In this document: positions 11,001 through 23,276 of the stretch, piece by piece
Layout of the letters: the number at the start of each line of letters is the position of its first letter
Numbering within the stretch: position 1 is the first letter of the stretch
NCBI RefSeq assembly: GCF_030684315.1
Contig: NC_081397.1
Span: 4,960,001 to 5,024,000 of the forward strand
Direction: 5' to 3'
From: Stegostoma tigrinum
Taxonomy: Eukaryota
DNA length: 64,000 nt
Position numbers and translations under genes: made by a program
Notes under the pieces: generated by a model
Databases searched by the model: none
Seen by the model: the letters and a program-made list of their open reading frames with translations, nothing else
What the model was told of the DNA's origin: nothing

Positions 11001-13284
11001 TTCTAAATATGTTATCACTTACTGAGTAAAATTCTGAACACATCAAACTTTGGGATAGTTCATAATGCTCCTATTAAAAATGGCAAGTTACATGTATTAT
11101 CATCTCTCAAGCTAATCTTTCTTCCAGAAAATATATGATTCCAATGAGGGTTTGGGTACACTCTACCATACTGTTTCTTTCAATTATGAGGTTACTTTGA
11201 AAGAAGTGGGAGATGCCCAGAGTGAAAGGCCCAAAGGATGTTGGGTTTTGGTGTCCTATAAAAAATGACAGGATTTTCCTCTAATTGTGTTGCACCATGT
11301 CATGTCATTGATCACTGATTACTGCGGGGGTTTAAATTTGTAAAAAAATGCTAACATGGGAAAAAGAATAGAAGAACCAAGAGAAGCACAGTGTTCAGAA
11401 TGCACATTGAAGTGCAGACAAGAATTTCTGCAGTGATAAATGTTTCCTCTTATCAATGTATCGGTTTCAAGAAAAAAAATTGCTCCAAAAATGAGTGAAA
11501 ATAAATCTTCAAGTGGAGGTAGCAAAGGAGAAATGGTGATCCGATTTTATGCGTGGTGGCCCTACTGCCACTGACTAACACTTTCAGACAATTAATTGAC
11601 ACAGAGAAATAATATCACACCGAGATTTATGGGACTACATTATATGCTCATGTCAATAAGCATTTTGTGGGTGGGGAAGTTTAACATCGTGAGGATCTTG
11701 TACCATCAGCTCTTCGCAAATATCTCCAGAACTCAGTCTTCATCGAGTTGTGCTCATCAGACAAATCGAAGTCGGAACATTATAAGTGAAGGAAGACCCA
11801 GGGAAGAGTTATCTCACAAAACAACAATTAGCACACAAGATATAGGAATGGAAGTGGGATTGTTTGGCACATCCAGTTTCCTCCATTAATCGATCATGGC
11901 TGATATGTTTCTCTATTCCATTAGTCTACCTGCTCCTGGTAAGGCCTGAATCATTTGCTGGTCTGCAAATTAACATAATCTACGTTTACTTTAAAAGAAA
12001 TCTCACAGATACTCAAACACTGAAATGTTTAATGCAACTCTTACTGCACAGAGCAAACGAAATGAGGCCTCTCAAGTCAGCAAGTTAAGCCTGACCATGC
12101 AATTTGGCTCCGGCGAAGTTGAATTCTAAAACAAGATTCTGACCTCGGAGTTTATGGTGTGAAACTTTATGGTTTATGATAATGATCCCTTCAAAACTTC
12201 CATCCACTTTTCTGATGTCTCCAGATGGGACAGCAAGTCTGGCACCTGAGTTCATGTCAGAAGTAGCTCCCCTGTTTTATTTTACATTCGGCATGAAGTG
12301 TGTGTTTGAAGCACAGCTTTTGCTGAAATTAACCCCTTTACCTCAGGGCTTTCCTTCTACAGATTTTTTTTTAAACTTTCTGCCACGAGGCAGCATGGTA
12401 TCAAAACGAGGAAGGGTCACCAGACTCAGAAATGTTCATTTATTTTTTCTTTACAGATGTTGCCAGATCTGTTGAGGTTTTCCAGCAACTTTGTTTTTGT
12501 TCCGTTATTAAGTATTATCCCCTCTCTCCCAGCAAACAGCATGCCTGTGCTAATCACAGAAATAGCCAATTGTTTTCAACGCCTGTACAACACTTTGTCC
12601 TTTTCCTTTAACTCTTTTGAAAAAAAAACAGCACAGAGTTTGGGTTCCATCATCAGGCACCCTTCATTTACCAGAGCACACTTTCAGCCAGCCCGGAGAC
12701 AATTCTCGAGATTCTACTCATCTGGTTATTTTGGCCAGCCAATGCTCCCCTGTTGGGCAAGGTCACTAACCCCTCACGACCTTCGTAGTTCAAGTGCTCG
12801 ACTTGGTCCCAATTATGACAGGTTTACCTTGAAAAGAGTTGCTTTAGAAATTTACCACAATCTGTCCTTAGTTTGGCTATATATTAAGAAATTTCACACA
12901 CAGTCAATTACTGAGACAATTAACTTAAATTCTATTGCATATCGCAACAAAGTTGAGACCACTCAAGTCACCAAGTTAGGCCACACAACCCAATGTGGCT
13001 TTGAACTAATTCATAGTGAATATTCACGATGATTCCAACCAACAGTGTCTGTCTCTTAGTGCCCATAGATAGATGCATGTGAAGTGTTGTTCTCCAGGGT
13101 TCTCCTGTCAAAAAGCTCTGGATTGAACTATCACACAGATTTCTGTCCTTCAGGTTTGTGGAGGTATGTTATTGATGGTCACGTTGAGTATTTCATTCAA
13201 ACTATTAATTACTATTTCAGCCTTCATAAATCTGCAATTTAGTACCTCATCAGACAAAATGCCTGCCTCCTTTACACTTTTCTT

Positions 13285-14330
13285 TTATTCATTTGTAGTA
13301 TGTGGGCGTTATTTATTTGTGACCCATCCCAAGCTGCCCTTGGTAAAGTGGTGGTGTGCTACCTTCTTGAGCAGTTTCTCTCCCCACAATGGCATAGGGA
13401 AGGGCATTCCAGGATTCTGATGCAGTGAACGCGAAGGATCGGTGAAATATTTCCACGTCAGGATGCTGAGTGTCTTGGGGAGGAACTTGAAGATGGTGGT
13501 GTTCGATTGCATTTGCTGCCCTTGTCCCACAAATGTGAAAATGGTCATGGGTTTGGAATATGCTGGTTGAGGATCTTTGGTGAATTTCTGAAGTGCACCT
13601 TGTGGATGGTATTCAGTGCTTTGACTCAGTGTTGGTGGAGGAGGCCGGGGCTGCATGTGGATGTAGTGCCAGTTAAACAGAAGCTTTGTCCTGAATGCTG
13701 TCTCACTTCCAGACTGCCGTTGGAGCTGTACCCAGAAAAGAGAAGGGTTCCCCATCTGACTCCTGACCTGTGCATTGCAGTTGATGGAGAGGGATTGAGG
13801 AGTCAGGAGGTGATTTCATGGTCAAAGTATTCTAAACCTCTCATGTGGATTGTGTGGCCGTCCTATTTATATGGCAATTTCAGTTCAGTTTCTGTTCAAT
13901 GGTGAACACCAAGGTGTCGATAATAGGTGATTCAGTGACAGTAACATCGTTGAATGTCAACCAGTGATACTGAAATATTCTCTGACTGATGATAGTCATT
14001 GCTTATCCTTTGTGTTGTGTGAACATAAATTGCCACTTGTCAGCCCAAGCCTGGATGTTGCCCAAAACTTGTTGCATTTGAACATGGACTGCTTTAGTAT
14101 CTCAGGCGTCATGAATGGGGCTGAACATTGTGCAGTCGTTGGTGAGCATCCCCACTTGTAATGGAGGGAAGGCCATTGATAAAGCCGCTGAAGATACAGG
14201 GCACTACCCTGAGGAACTCCAGCAGAAATTTCCTGGAGCTGAAATGACTGATTTATACCAGCCTCAGTCAACTTCCGATTTACCAGCAAATATTCCGACT
14301 AGTGGATAATTTACACCCTGTTAACCCATT
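13285..14330 (-). mobile_element. Older L2/CR1-group LINE 3' part (continues at ~15485-15570)
   Basis: ORF 13996-14289(-) contains ISAGVPQGS. The 3' region matches the plus-strand copy at 63320-63985. Confidence 0.7.
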
Positions 14331-15484
14331 AGAACATAGAACATAGAACAGTACAGCACAGAACAGGCCCTTCAGCCCACAATGTTGTGCCGATCATTGA
14401 TCCTCATGTATGCACCCTCAAATTTCTGTGACCATATGCATGTCCAGCAGTCTCTTAAATGACCCCAATGACCGTGCTTCCACAACTGCTGCTGGCAACG
14501 CATTCCATGCTCTCACAACTCTCTGTGTAAAGAACCCGCCTCTGACATCCCCTCTATACTTTCCACCAACCAGCTTAAAACTATGACCCCTCATGCTAGC
14601 CATTTCTGCCCTGGGAAATAGTCTCTGGCTATCAACTCTATCTATGCCTCTCATTATCTTGTATACCTCAATTAGGTCCCCTCTCCTCCTCCTTTTCTTC
14701 AATGAAAAAAGAGACTGAGCTCAGTCAACCTCTTTTCATAAGATAAGCCCTCCAGTCCAGGCAGCATCCTGGTAAACCTCCTCTGAACCCTCTCCAAAGC
14801 ATCCACATCTTTCCTATAATAGGGCGACCAGAACTGGACGCAGTATTCCAAGTGCGGTCTAACCAAAGTTTTATGGAGCTGCAACAAGATCTCACATCTC
14901 TTAAACTCAATCCCCCTGTTAATGAAAGCCAAAACACCATATGCTTTCTTAACAACCCTGTCCACTTGGGTGGCCATTTTAAGGGATCTATGTATCTGCA
15001 CACCAAGATCCCTCTATTCCTCCACACTGCCAAGAATCCTATCCTTAATCCTGTACTCAGCTTTCAAATTCGACCTTCCAAAATGCATCACCTCGCATTT
15101 ATCCAGGTTGAACTCCATCTGCCACCTCTCAGCCCATCTCTGCATCCTGTCAATGTCCCGCTGCAACCTACAACAGCCCTCTATACTGTCAACGACACCT
15201 CCGACCTTTGTGTCATCTGCAAACTTGCTGACCCATCATTCAATCCCCTCATCCAAGTCATTAATAAAAATTACAAACAGTAGAGGCCCAAGGACAGAGC
15301 CCTGTGGAACCCCACTCACCACTGACTTCCAGGCAGAATATTTTCCTTCTACGACCACTCGCTGTCTTCTGTTGGCCAGCCAATTCTGTATCCAAGCAGC
15401 TAAGTTCCCCTGTATCCCATTCCTCCTGACCTTCTGAATGACCCTGCCATGGGGAACCTTATCAAATGCCTTACTGAAGTCCAT
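14331..15484 (-). mobile_element. CR1 LINE, 5'-truncated, nested in the older LINE
   Basis: Minus-strand ORFs [12 protein letters not shown]...[23 protein letters not shown] and FFTQRVVRAWN, broken by a stop and a frameshift. (TGTTCTA)n tail at 14331; CCATT at both junctions. Confidence 0.93.
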
Positions 15485-16389
15485 TGATTCCAGTTTTGCC
15501 AGAGCTTCTTGATGCCACTCTCAGTGGAACGCAGCCTGATGTCAAGAGCTGTCACTCTCACTTCAGGTCACATTCAGAATAAGACTGTATGCTGAATCAC
15601 AGCTTCTTGCGAATAACTCCTTATTTTTTGCTTCAGGGCAATCATTTGTTCTTGTTGCATAAGACTACCAGTTATCAAGCAAGTTGAGGTAATTTTGCTT
15701 ACATATCTTGTCCTCATTATTTGCAAGGTATGATAATTATTCTTAATCGTCAGTGCAATTTCCTGTCTTTGTTCCTTTATTGGTTATTCCAGACAAGTAG
15801 TTCAATCCATAAACTCTTAGTACGTCTCTGAATTTTGTAGTGTTACAGGCGCTACTATTTACTCACAGTTTAAATAGGATAAATAAATTTGAGTATAACT
15901 GGACATTTCACGGTATCTTGATTTATTTCTGAGTTGATTTACGACATTATGTACATTTTGAAAGTGCACCTTTTCATTATCTGTTACTGATATACATGAA
16001 CTGTGATGAATCAATTAATTAGAGAAGAGTGATCAATAAATAAAACAAAAATGCAGTAATAAAGTAATAAATATGGTCTGAGCGTAAACAGATGAATAAT
16101 CATGTCAATAAAGATAATAAACTATTACTGTGAAATAAGACAAATTCCTAGTTATAAAATTAAAACTTCTGAACAGAACTAATTCCCATTTCAAGTGCTG
16201 CACATGTTGCTGACGTCAACGTTGAAACGTGACAGAAATATGCATTAAATCCACAAAACAAATGAGAGAAAACACAAAACCTTCTGACCGAGCATATGTT
16301 ACCTCCCCAATTCCAGATGCAATTGCACCAAGAACATTACTGCATTTTTTGACAGATCTTTCTTGATTCAGTGAGCATCAGACTGAAAT

Positions 16390-16890
16390 TTAACATGTAA
16401 TCTGTATGCCTGTGTGACCAGAACTGTGTGCAATATTCCAAGTGTGGCCTAGTTAAATTTCTCGAAAGCTGTAGCATAACTTGACCTTCGTTATACTCAA
16501 CGCCCTGTCCAATGAAGGTAAGCATGTCATATACCTTTTTTACGACCTTACCTGCCTGTACTGACACCTTCAGTGATCTGTGGGCCTGCACACCCAGATC
16601 TCTGTGCATATCAATATTTTTTTTTCTTGATTCATTCACGGGACGAGGGCGTCATTAGCCCATTTATGGCCCATATTTAATTACCCAGAGGGCAGTTAAG
16701 AGTCAACCACATTGCTGTGGGTTTGGAGTCACAAGTTGGCAAGACCAGGTGAGGATGGCAATTTCCTTCCCTAAGGGACATGAGTGAACCAGATGGGTTT
16801 TTCTGACAATCGGCAATGGATTCACTGTCATCATTAGATTGTTAATTCCAGATATTTATTGAATATAAATCCCAACATCTGTCGTGGTGA
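16390..16890 (-). mobile_element. CR1 fragment (16390-16615) adjoining a SINE-like element (16620-16890)
   Basis: ORF 16337-16639(-) RDLGVQAHRSLKV...LEYCTQFWS. The adjacent element ends in a TGAATGAATC/A-rich tail on the minus strand. Confidence 0.65.
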
Positions 16891-19693
16891 TCTGAGTCCT
16901 TCAGTGCTGAACACCACTGACTGCAGCACTCCCTCAGTGAAGCATTCCCTCAGCCAGGAGTGCTGCAGTAGGGGTGCTGCGCGGAGGGAGTGCAGCACTG
17001 AGGGAATGCTGCACTAGCGGTGCTGCGCTGAGGGAGTGCTGCAGTTAGTGAGGTTCAGCACTGACGGACTCAGCACTGATGGCGGGGTCTCAGCATTCAG
17101 GGAATGCTGCACTGAGGGGTATCAGCACTGAAGGGAGTGCTGCACAGTGTGGGGTCAGCACTGACAATGGATCAGCACAGACGGATGTCAGCACAGATGG
17201 AGTGCTGCAGTGAGCGAGCGCTGCTCTGAGGTGCGGGTCAACATTGAGGGGATTCTACAGAAAGGGTGCTGCACTGAGGGGATGCTGGTCTCGAGGGGCT
17301 GGTGGAGTCAGCACTGTGGGGGTGGTCAACACTGAGGGAGGGCAGAACTGAGGGAGGGTCAGCACTGAGATGGGAGGGCTGAGCACTAAGGGAATGCTGC
17401 ACTCAATGGGGTCAGAACTGGGGGCATGCTGCACAGATTGGAGTAGCACTCAGTGGTGGGTCAGCACTGAGGGAGTGCTGTACTGTAGTGGGTCAGCTTT
17501 GGGGAGGTCAGCACAGCGGGAGTGCTGCACTGAGGGAGTGCGGCAATGAAGGAAAGCCAATTTTCAGGGAGTGCCGCACTGTCACAGCATCAATAATAAG
17601 GGTGTGCTATGCTGTAGAAGGGTCAATAACAAAGGAATTCTGCGCTGTCAGTGGGTTATTATTAAGGGAGTGCTACAGTTTCAGAAAGTTAATGTTCATG
17701 GGGGGGGCAGCATAGCGTGAAGTGGCGATGGATAAGTGGTAAGTCAAGCTGCACTACTGAAGGGTCAGGACTGAGAGAAAGCTACTCTCTCAGAGGGTTA
17801 GTATTAAAGGACAGCTTCACTGTCAGGAGGTCAATCTACACAGTGCTCCAGCATTGAGGCTCAATATTAAGTGGCTGCTATAGTGTCAGAGGGTCAATGA
17901 TGAGCCTGTGTAGAAGTGTTGCAGAGGAAGTACTGAGGGAGTGCTACATTGTCAGTGTCATCACTGAGTGAGATCCACACTGTCAGGAGGCCAATTTTTA
18001 AGGAGTGCTGCACTGTCAGAGGGTCATTACTGATGGGCTACTGCACTGTCAGAACCGTCAGTCATCACAGAGGACTGCACTGTCAGAGGGTGAATGTTAA
18101 TGGTACGCTAGACAGAGTGGGGACAGCACTGAGGGAGTGCCACACTGAGGGGAGTCATTACTGAGGGAAACTGCCATCTCAGAGGGTCAACAGTTAGAGT
18201 GTGCCAGAGGGTCAGTGCTGAGGAATTACAGCACTGAGAGACGGTCAGCACTCCCTCAGTCCTGACTCTCCGACGGTTTAGCTACTCCCTCAGATTTGGT
18301 ACTGCCTCAGAACTAACTATCTGGCAACAAGGTACCAACTCAGAACTGACCCTCTCTTTGTTTTGACAATTTAAACATGAGGGTCTTCCTTTGATCATGA
18401 GGACGTTCAGCACTTCCTCAGTACTACTGCTCCCTCAATTCTTATCCCATTACAATGAGACACTGCATTAGTATGGCCCTTTGACAAAGTAGCACAGCCT
18501 CAGAACTGACCCATTGATAATGAAGCTTTCCTCAGTACTGACCCTCAGAGTCTTGCTCTCACACAGCAATGACACTCCAATCCTGTGGCACTGTCTCAAT
18601 TCTGACCCCTTTACAAGGAGGCAACAGCTCAGGATTGACCCTCTGACAATTATGCAGGCCCGCAGATCTGACTCTCTGACAGTGCTGGAAGACCTCAGTC
18701 CTGTCCCTCTCATGGTGAGGCACTTATTCAGGTCTGACCCTGTTACATTGATCTTCCTCATTGTTGACCCTGTTGTGATGCAGAATTCATTGACACTGAC
18801 CAACTCCCAGTGTGGCATACCTTTAATAATGAAAGTCTCACAGTGCAGCATTCTCTCAGTATTGACCATCTGACAGTATTTCGGGGAGTGCTGCACTATC
18901 AGAGAGTATGGACTGAGGATGACCTGCACTGTCAGAGGGCAAATATTAATGGAGTGCTCGGGTCAATTTTAATGGAGTTGTGCAGTGTCACAAATTCAAC
19001 ATTAAGAGAGTGCTGTGCTGTGAGAGGGCCAATATGAAGTAAATGCTCCAGTCTCAGAGGGTCAATTTGATGGGAGCATATCTCTCTGACACTGTCTTAT
19101 TGGAGGGTCAGTACTAACGTAGTGCTGCTCCGTCCGAGCGTTCGTATAAAGGGAGTGACGCACTATCAGATATTCAGGGAGTGGTGAAATGAGGGGGCGT
19201 CAGCTCTAAGTGAGTGAGCACTGATTGTGTGCTGCAGAGAGTGGGCTCAGCACTGAGGGAGTCCTGCACTGAGAGGCGGGGGGAGTCTGCACTGAGGGAA
19301 GACAGCAATGAGAAAGTGCTGCAGAGAGGATGGTTGCACTGAGCAGGTGCTGCAGTGAGGGGTTCAGCACTGATAGAAAGCTGTACTTTTAGGTGTTCAA
19401 TATTAGTGTGTCCTGCACTGTGAAAGGGTCAATATGACGGCAGACTGCATTATCAGAGAGGCAATGATGAGTGTATGCTGCACTGCTGAAGGGTTGCATT
19501 TGAAGGGGTGTTCCATGGTCAGTGTCAATGGTAAGGGACACTCTCAGTGTTATTGCTGAGAGAATATCAGGATGTTGGAGGGTTAATACTGTGGCAGAGA
19601 TACACTGTCAGAGAATCAATCATCAGAGAGTACGCACTGATGGAGGGTCAGTACTGAGGGAGTGCCTCATAATCAGAGGGTCGGTTGCCTGGC

Positions 19694-19905
19694 AGTGCTG
19701 GAAAAGCTCAGCAGGTCTGGCAGCATCTGTGGAGGCGAAAACATAATTAACGTTTCCTTCCTCAGAACTGTTCTGAGGAAGTTCCCCAGCCCAAAATGTT
19801 AGCTCTGTTTTTCTCTGCACAGATGCTGCTGGGCCCGCTGAGCTTTACCAGCAACTTTGTTTTTGTTACTGATTTACAGCATCCACAGTTCTTTTGGTTT
19901 TTTTT
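19694..19905. mobile_element. Palindromic non-autonomous element, second PLE-end family
   Basis: GCTGGAAAAGCTCAGCAGGTCTGGCAGCATCTGTG ... CACAGATGCTGCTGGGCCCGCTGAGCTTTACCAGC. Related copies at ~12405-12500, 22418-22595, 49811-49915 and 62515-62620. Confidence 0.7.
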
Positions 19906-20970
19906 GTCTGACAGTGCTTGTTTGTTTGTGCACCAATCCCTCAATGTGGATTGAATGAACCGTCTCACGGGACAGAAACTCAGTTCATCAACCGCCACAA
20001 AATGGACCTCTCAAAGTCTGCCATATCCTTTGTAGTGATCGTCGCAGCAGCTGCACTCCCTCAGTGTGGTCCCTCTGATAGTACAGTGCTCCTTTAATAT
20101 CGACCTTCTGAAAGCACAGCACGCTCTTAATATTGGCCCTGTGACAGTGCAGCACTCCCTCAATGATGACACTGTGACAACGCAGGATTCCCTCAGTACT
20201 GGCTCTGCACGCCCCTAAGATTGACCCTGTGACAGTGCACATTCCCTGAATATTGGTCATCCAAGAGAGTGGCAATTCCTCGATGGAGACACTCTGACAA
20301 TGCAGTTTTCCCTCACTACTGATCTTCTGGCAGTGCAGCATTCTGTCATCACTGACTCCTTGATAGTGCAGCAACATGCTTCTCATTGATCCCACCGCCA
20401 CACCCCTCCACCCGACAGTGCAGTGCAGCACTCCCTCTGTACTGGCTCAACATTAATATTGATCCCCTGACGGGCAGTTCCCTTTCATACTCACCCCCTC
20501 AAAGAGAAGCTTTCTCTCATCTTTAACCTTCTGACAATGCAGCACTCCCTTAATATTAACCCGCTACCAGTGTGGCACTCCGTTACAACTGAACTTCTGA
20601 CAGTGCACAGCTCCAAAAAAAAATGCTCCTCTGAGTGTTGCACACACTCAATATTGGCCCTCCAACAGTGCAGCACTCCCTCAATATTGGACTTCTGACA
20701 GGACTGCGCTACTGATCCTTTGACAGTGCCCCGTCATATCAATCTTCTGACGTTATAGCACTCCTTCAGTACTAACGCTCTGTGGGTGCAGCATCTTCTC
20801 AGGACTGATTCTGTGATATTTCAGCATTCCCACATCACTAACCCTCTGACAGTGCAGCCCTCCCTTTATATCAACCCTCCAACAGTGCATTATTTCCTTA
20901 ATATTGGACCTCTGATTGTGTGATACTCCCTCAGTGTCAAACTTGACAATGCAGCACTCCCTCAGAAATA

Positions 20971-21110
20971 GAGATAACAAAATGTGAGGCTGGATGAACA
21001 CAGCAGGCCAAGCAGCATCTCAGGAGCACAAAAGCTGACGTTTCGGGCCTAGACCCTTCATCAGACAGGGGGGATGGCGTGGGGGTTCTGGAATAAATAG
21101 GGAGAGAGCA
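20971..21110 (-). mobile_element. PLE 3' end with intact hammerhead core (21037-21064)
   Basis: Nearly identical to 220-350, including minus-strand CTGATGAAGGGTCTAGGCCCGAAACGTC. Confidence 0.8.
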
Positions 21111-22089
21111 CATCCTCTGAACTAAACCTCTGAAAATGGAGCACTCTCTCATTACAGACCCTGACAGTGCTACACTGCCTCAGTGCTCACTCACCACAAG
21201 TGCAGCACTCCATTAATAGTGACCCTCCGACAGCGTGGTCCTCCCCTAATATTGGTCCACTGACAGTGCGGCACTCCCTTCACACTGACCTGCTCACAGT
21301 GCAGCACTGCCCTAATATCAAGCCTGCAGCTCTATCAGGGTGAGCAAGTGCCCCATTTTCAGCATGTCAATTCTGAGGCAGTGCACAATGCCCTTTACCG
21401 TACGAGTCATCATCAATACATAGGTGTCAGATTCTGCGCTGTTGATACGGACGTAGTTATCAAACTGTACCTGTCAGTTCATGCTGTGTGATAGTGGGAG
21501 GGTTATTACCAAGCTGATCCTGTCAGTTTCTGCTATATGGATATGTGAAGTTAGTAATCAAAGTGAACCTGAGAGAATCTGTTTGTGAAAATTGGAGTGA
21601 AGTTATCACACTGCACCTCAGAATTTAAAAGAAAAACTGTTCATTTGAACACAGTTATAAAATTGGACCTGTGAAGTTACACTGTGAAACTGGAGTGTTA
21701 TTAACAATCTGATCTTCTCTGTTGCTACGATGTGGATATGCAAGTGTAGTTATCATTCAGGTCCTGGTAGATTGATCTGTGAGCATAGATATTAATTTGT
21801 ACATATCAGTTTTCATAATACGAATTTGAGAATGTTTTTAGCAAACTGTACATCAATATGCGAGCGTCAATCTGTTTTTGCCTGTTTCTACAGGGTGAAT
21901 GATCGAGCAGAGGTAGCAACACACGCTTGTCAGTTTCTATTTGTCAATGTGGCTGAACTTTGGCAGCCAGTAACATTCTCTGTGAGGGTGCAATTTGTTA
22001 TGTGGTAGCTGTTATTCGAATGATTTAATGCAGAATAGATTCAGCTCCTGAGTGTATATTTTGGATGAGTGTTCAGTCTCTCCATCGTC

Positions 22090-22995
22090 AAAAAAATGAC
22101 GTAAACGCCAACAGGCTATGAATGCCAAAATGTGACATTATTGACTTGGTCATCGAGCTGGCTTGTTTTTGTTCACACGTTTTGCCACCATGCTAGGTGA
22201 CATCATCAGTGGAGCCTCTGATGATGCAACATTATTCTCCTCTGCTTGGAATTTACACTGTCAGGCCTGTTATGCTGAGTACTGCCATTTCAGTTTTCAT
22301 TTGTACGGGTTTATACATAGGGTCATACATGGGATCCAATTCTGTGTTTGTGTGGAGAACCATCTAGGAATTCCTGTACATGTTTGTTAGTCTTAGGCTG
22401 CTACGGTTTCTTTATCCAACAAAAACAAAAAGGTGCTGGAAAAGCTCAGCAGGTCTGTCAGCATCAGTGAAGGGAAAAACAGTTCGCCTTTCGGGTTCAG
22501 TGATCTGTCCTCGGAACCAGTTACGGCTGAGCTGCAGACTTTGCTTTTTGCTCCTGATTTACAGCATCCACAGTTCTTTGGTTTTATTTGGTTACTTTGT
22601 CCCAGTTCAACTGATGGCCTTCGTTGTCTGAATGTATCACATACTCAGACAATAAAGGCCATCAGGTCGATATGGGGACAAAGTAACCATGGTAGCCCAA
22701 GCCAAACACAGACACACACAGGAATTCCTAGAGGCATGGTTTTCCAACCAGTCTTCAATCAACAAGCATACAGAATCGGTCCCCATATACGAAAACTCAG
22801 ATCAAAACCAGAAATGACAGTACTCACCATAATGGACCATAACAGTATAAATTCAACTCAAGAGTGGAATGACATTGACACATTGGAGGCTCCACTGATG
22901 ATGCCACTGAGCACGGTGTTGTACTGTATGGAAAAGAAAAAGCAAGCCAGTTCAACAAGCAAGTCAACATTATCCACTACCCGAGCTGCAGATCT
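22090..22995. mobile_element. Penelope-like element of a different family, inverted 3' ends, with a palindromic insert at 22418-22595
   Basis: GAATTCCTAGAGGCATGGTTTTCC...ATCAACAAGCAT (EFLEAWFS...INKH). 22090-22400 is the reverse complement of 22620-22990. Degenerate hammerhead at 22176-22209(-). Confidence 0.7.
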
Positions 22996-23194
22996 TTGCC
23001 AAAAACTTTAAATGCTGAAATTTGTTCAAACTGGGCAGGTGTGCATCGTGAATGTTGAAAAAAACAAACAAAACTTGTATTTCCTCAGTGTTGTTTGAAC
23101 AAATCTCACTGGAAATTGACCTCAACGTGTGTCTGACTCAATCTGCTTTGTGACTGCGGAAAGGATGTTCTCTGCTCTGACAGCTGTAACATAC

Positions 23195-23276
23195 CTTCTG
23201 TTTGTTAGATGCAGCTAGTCACACTTGGCTTTGTGCCAAGGGAATATTACTTTCTCTTAGTCACTCAAGTATTTGG
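23195..23276 (-). other. Putative non-coding exon cassette (82 nt), distal left arm
   Basis: Minus strand CTCTCTTCTGTCTTCCTCCAG|...GAAG|GTATGT; paralogous to three other cassettes. Confidence 0.5.

Larger units (their letters stand above)
16895..21330. repeat. Degenerate GC-rich satellite, ~32-33 bp unit (CTGAGGGAGTGCTGCACTGTCAGAGGGTCAGTA-like) plus shorter subunits
   Basis: Dozens of imperfect copies; orientation flips near 18248, 18878 and 19700-19900. Confidence 0.9.

Noticed and set aside
16895-21330. CRISPR-like periodic repeats
   Set aside because: Units are contiguous and degenerate with no unique spacers, there are no cas genes, and the DNA is vertebrate.
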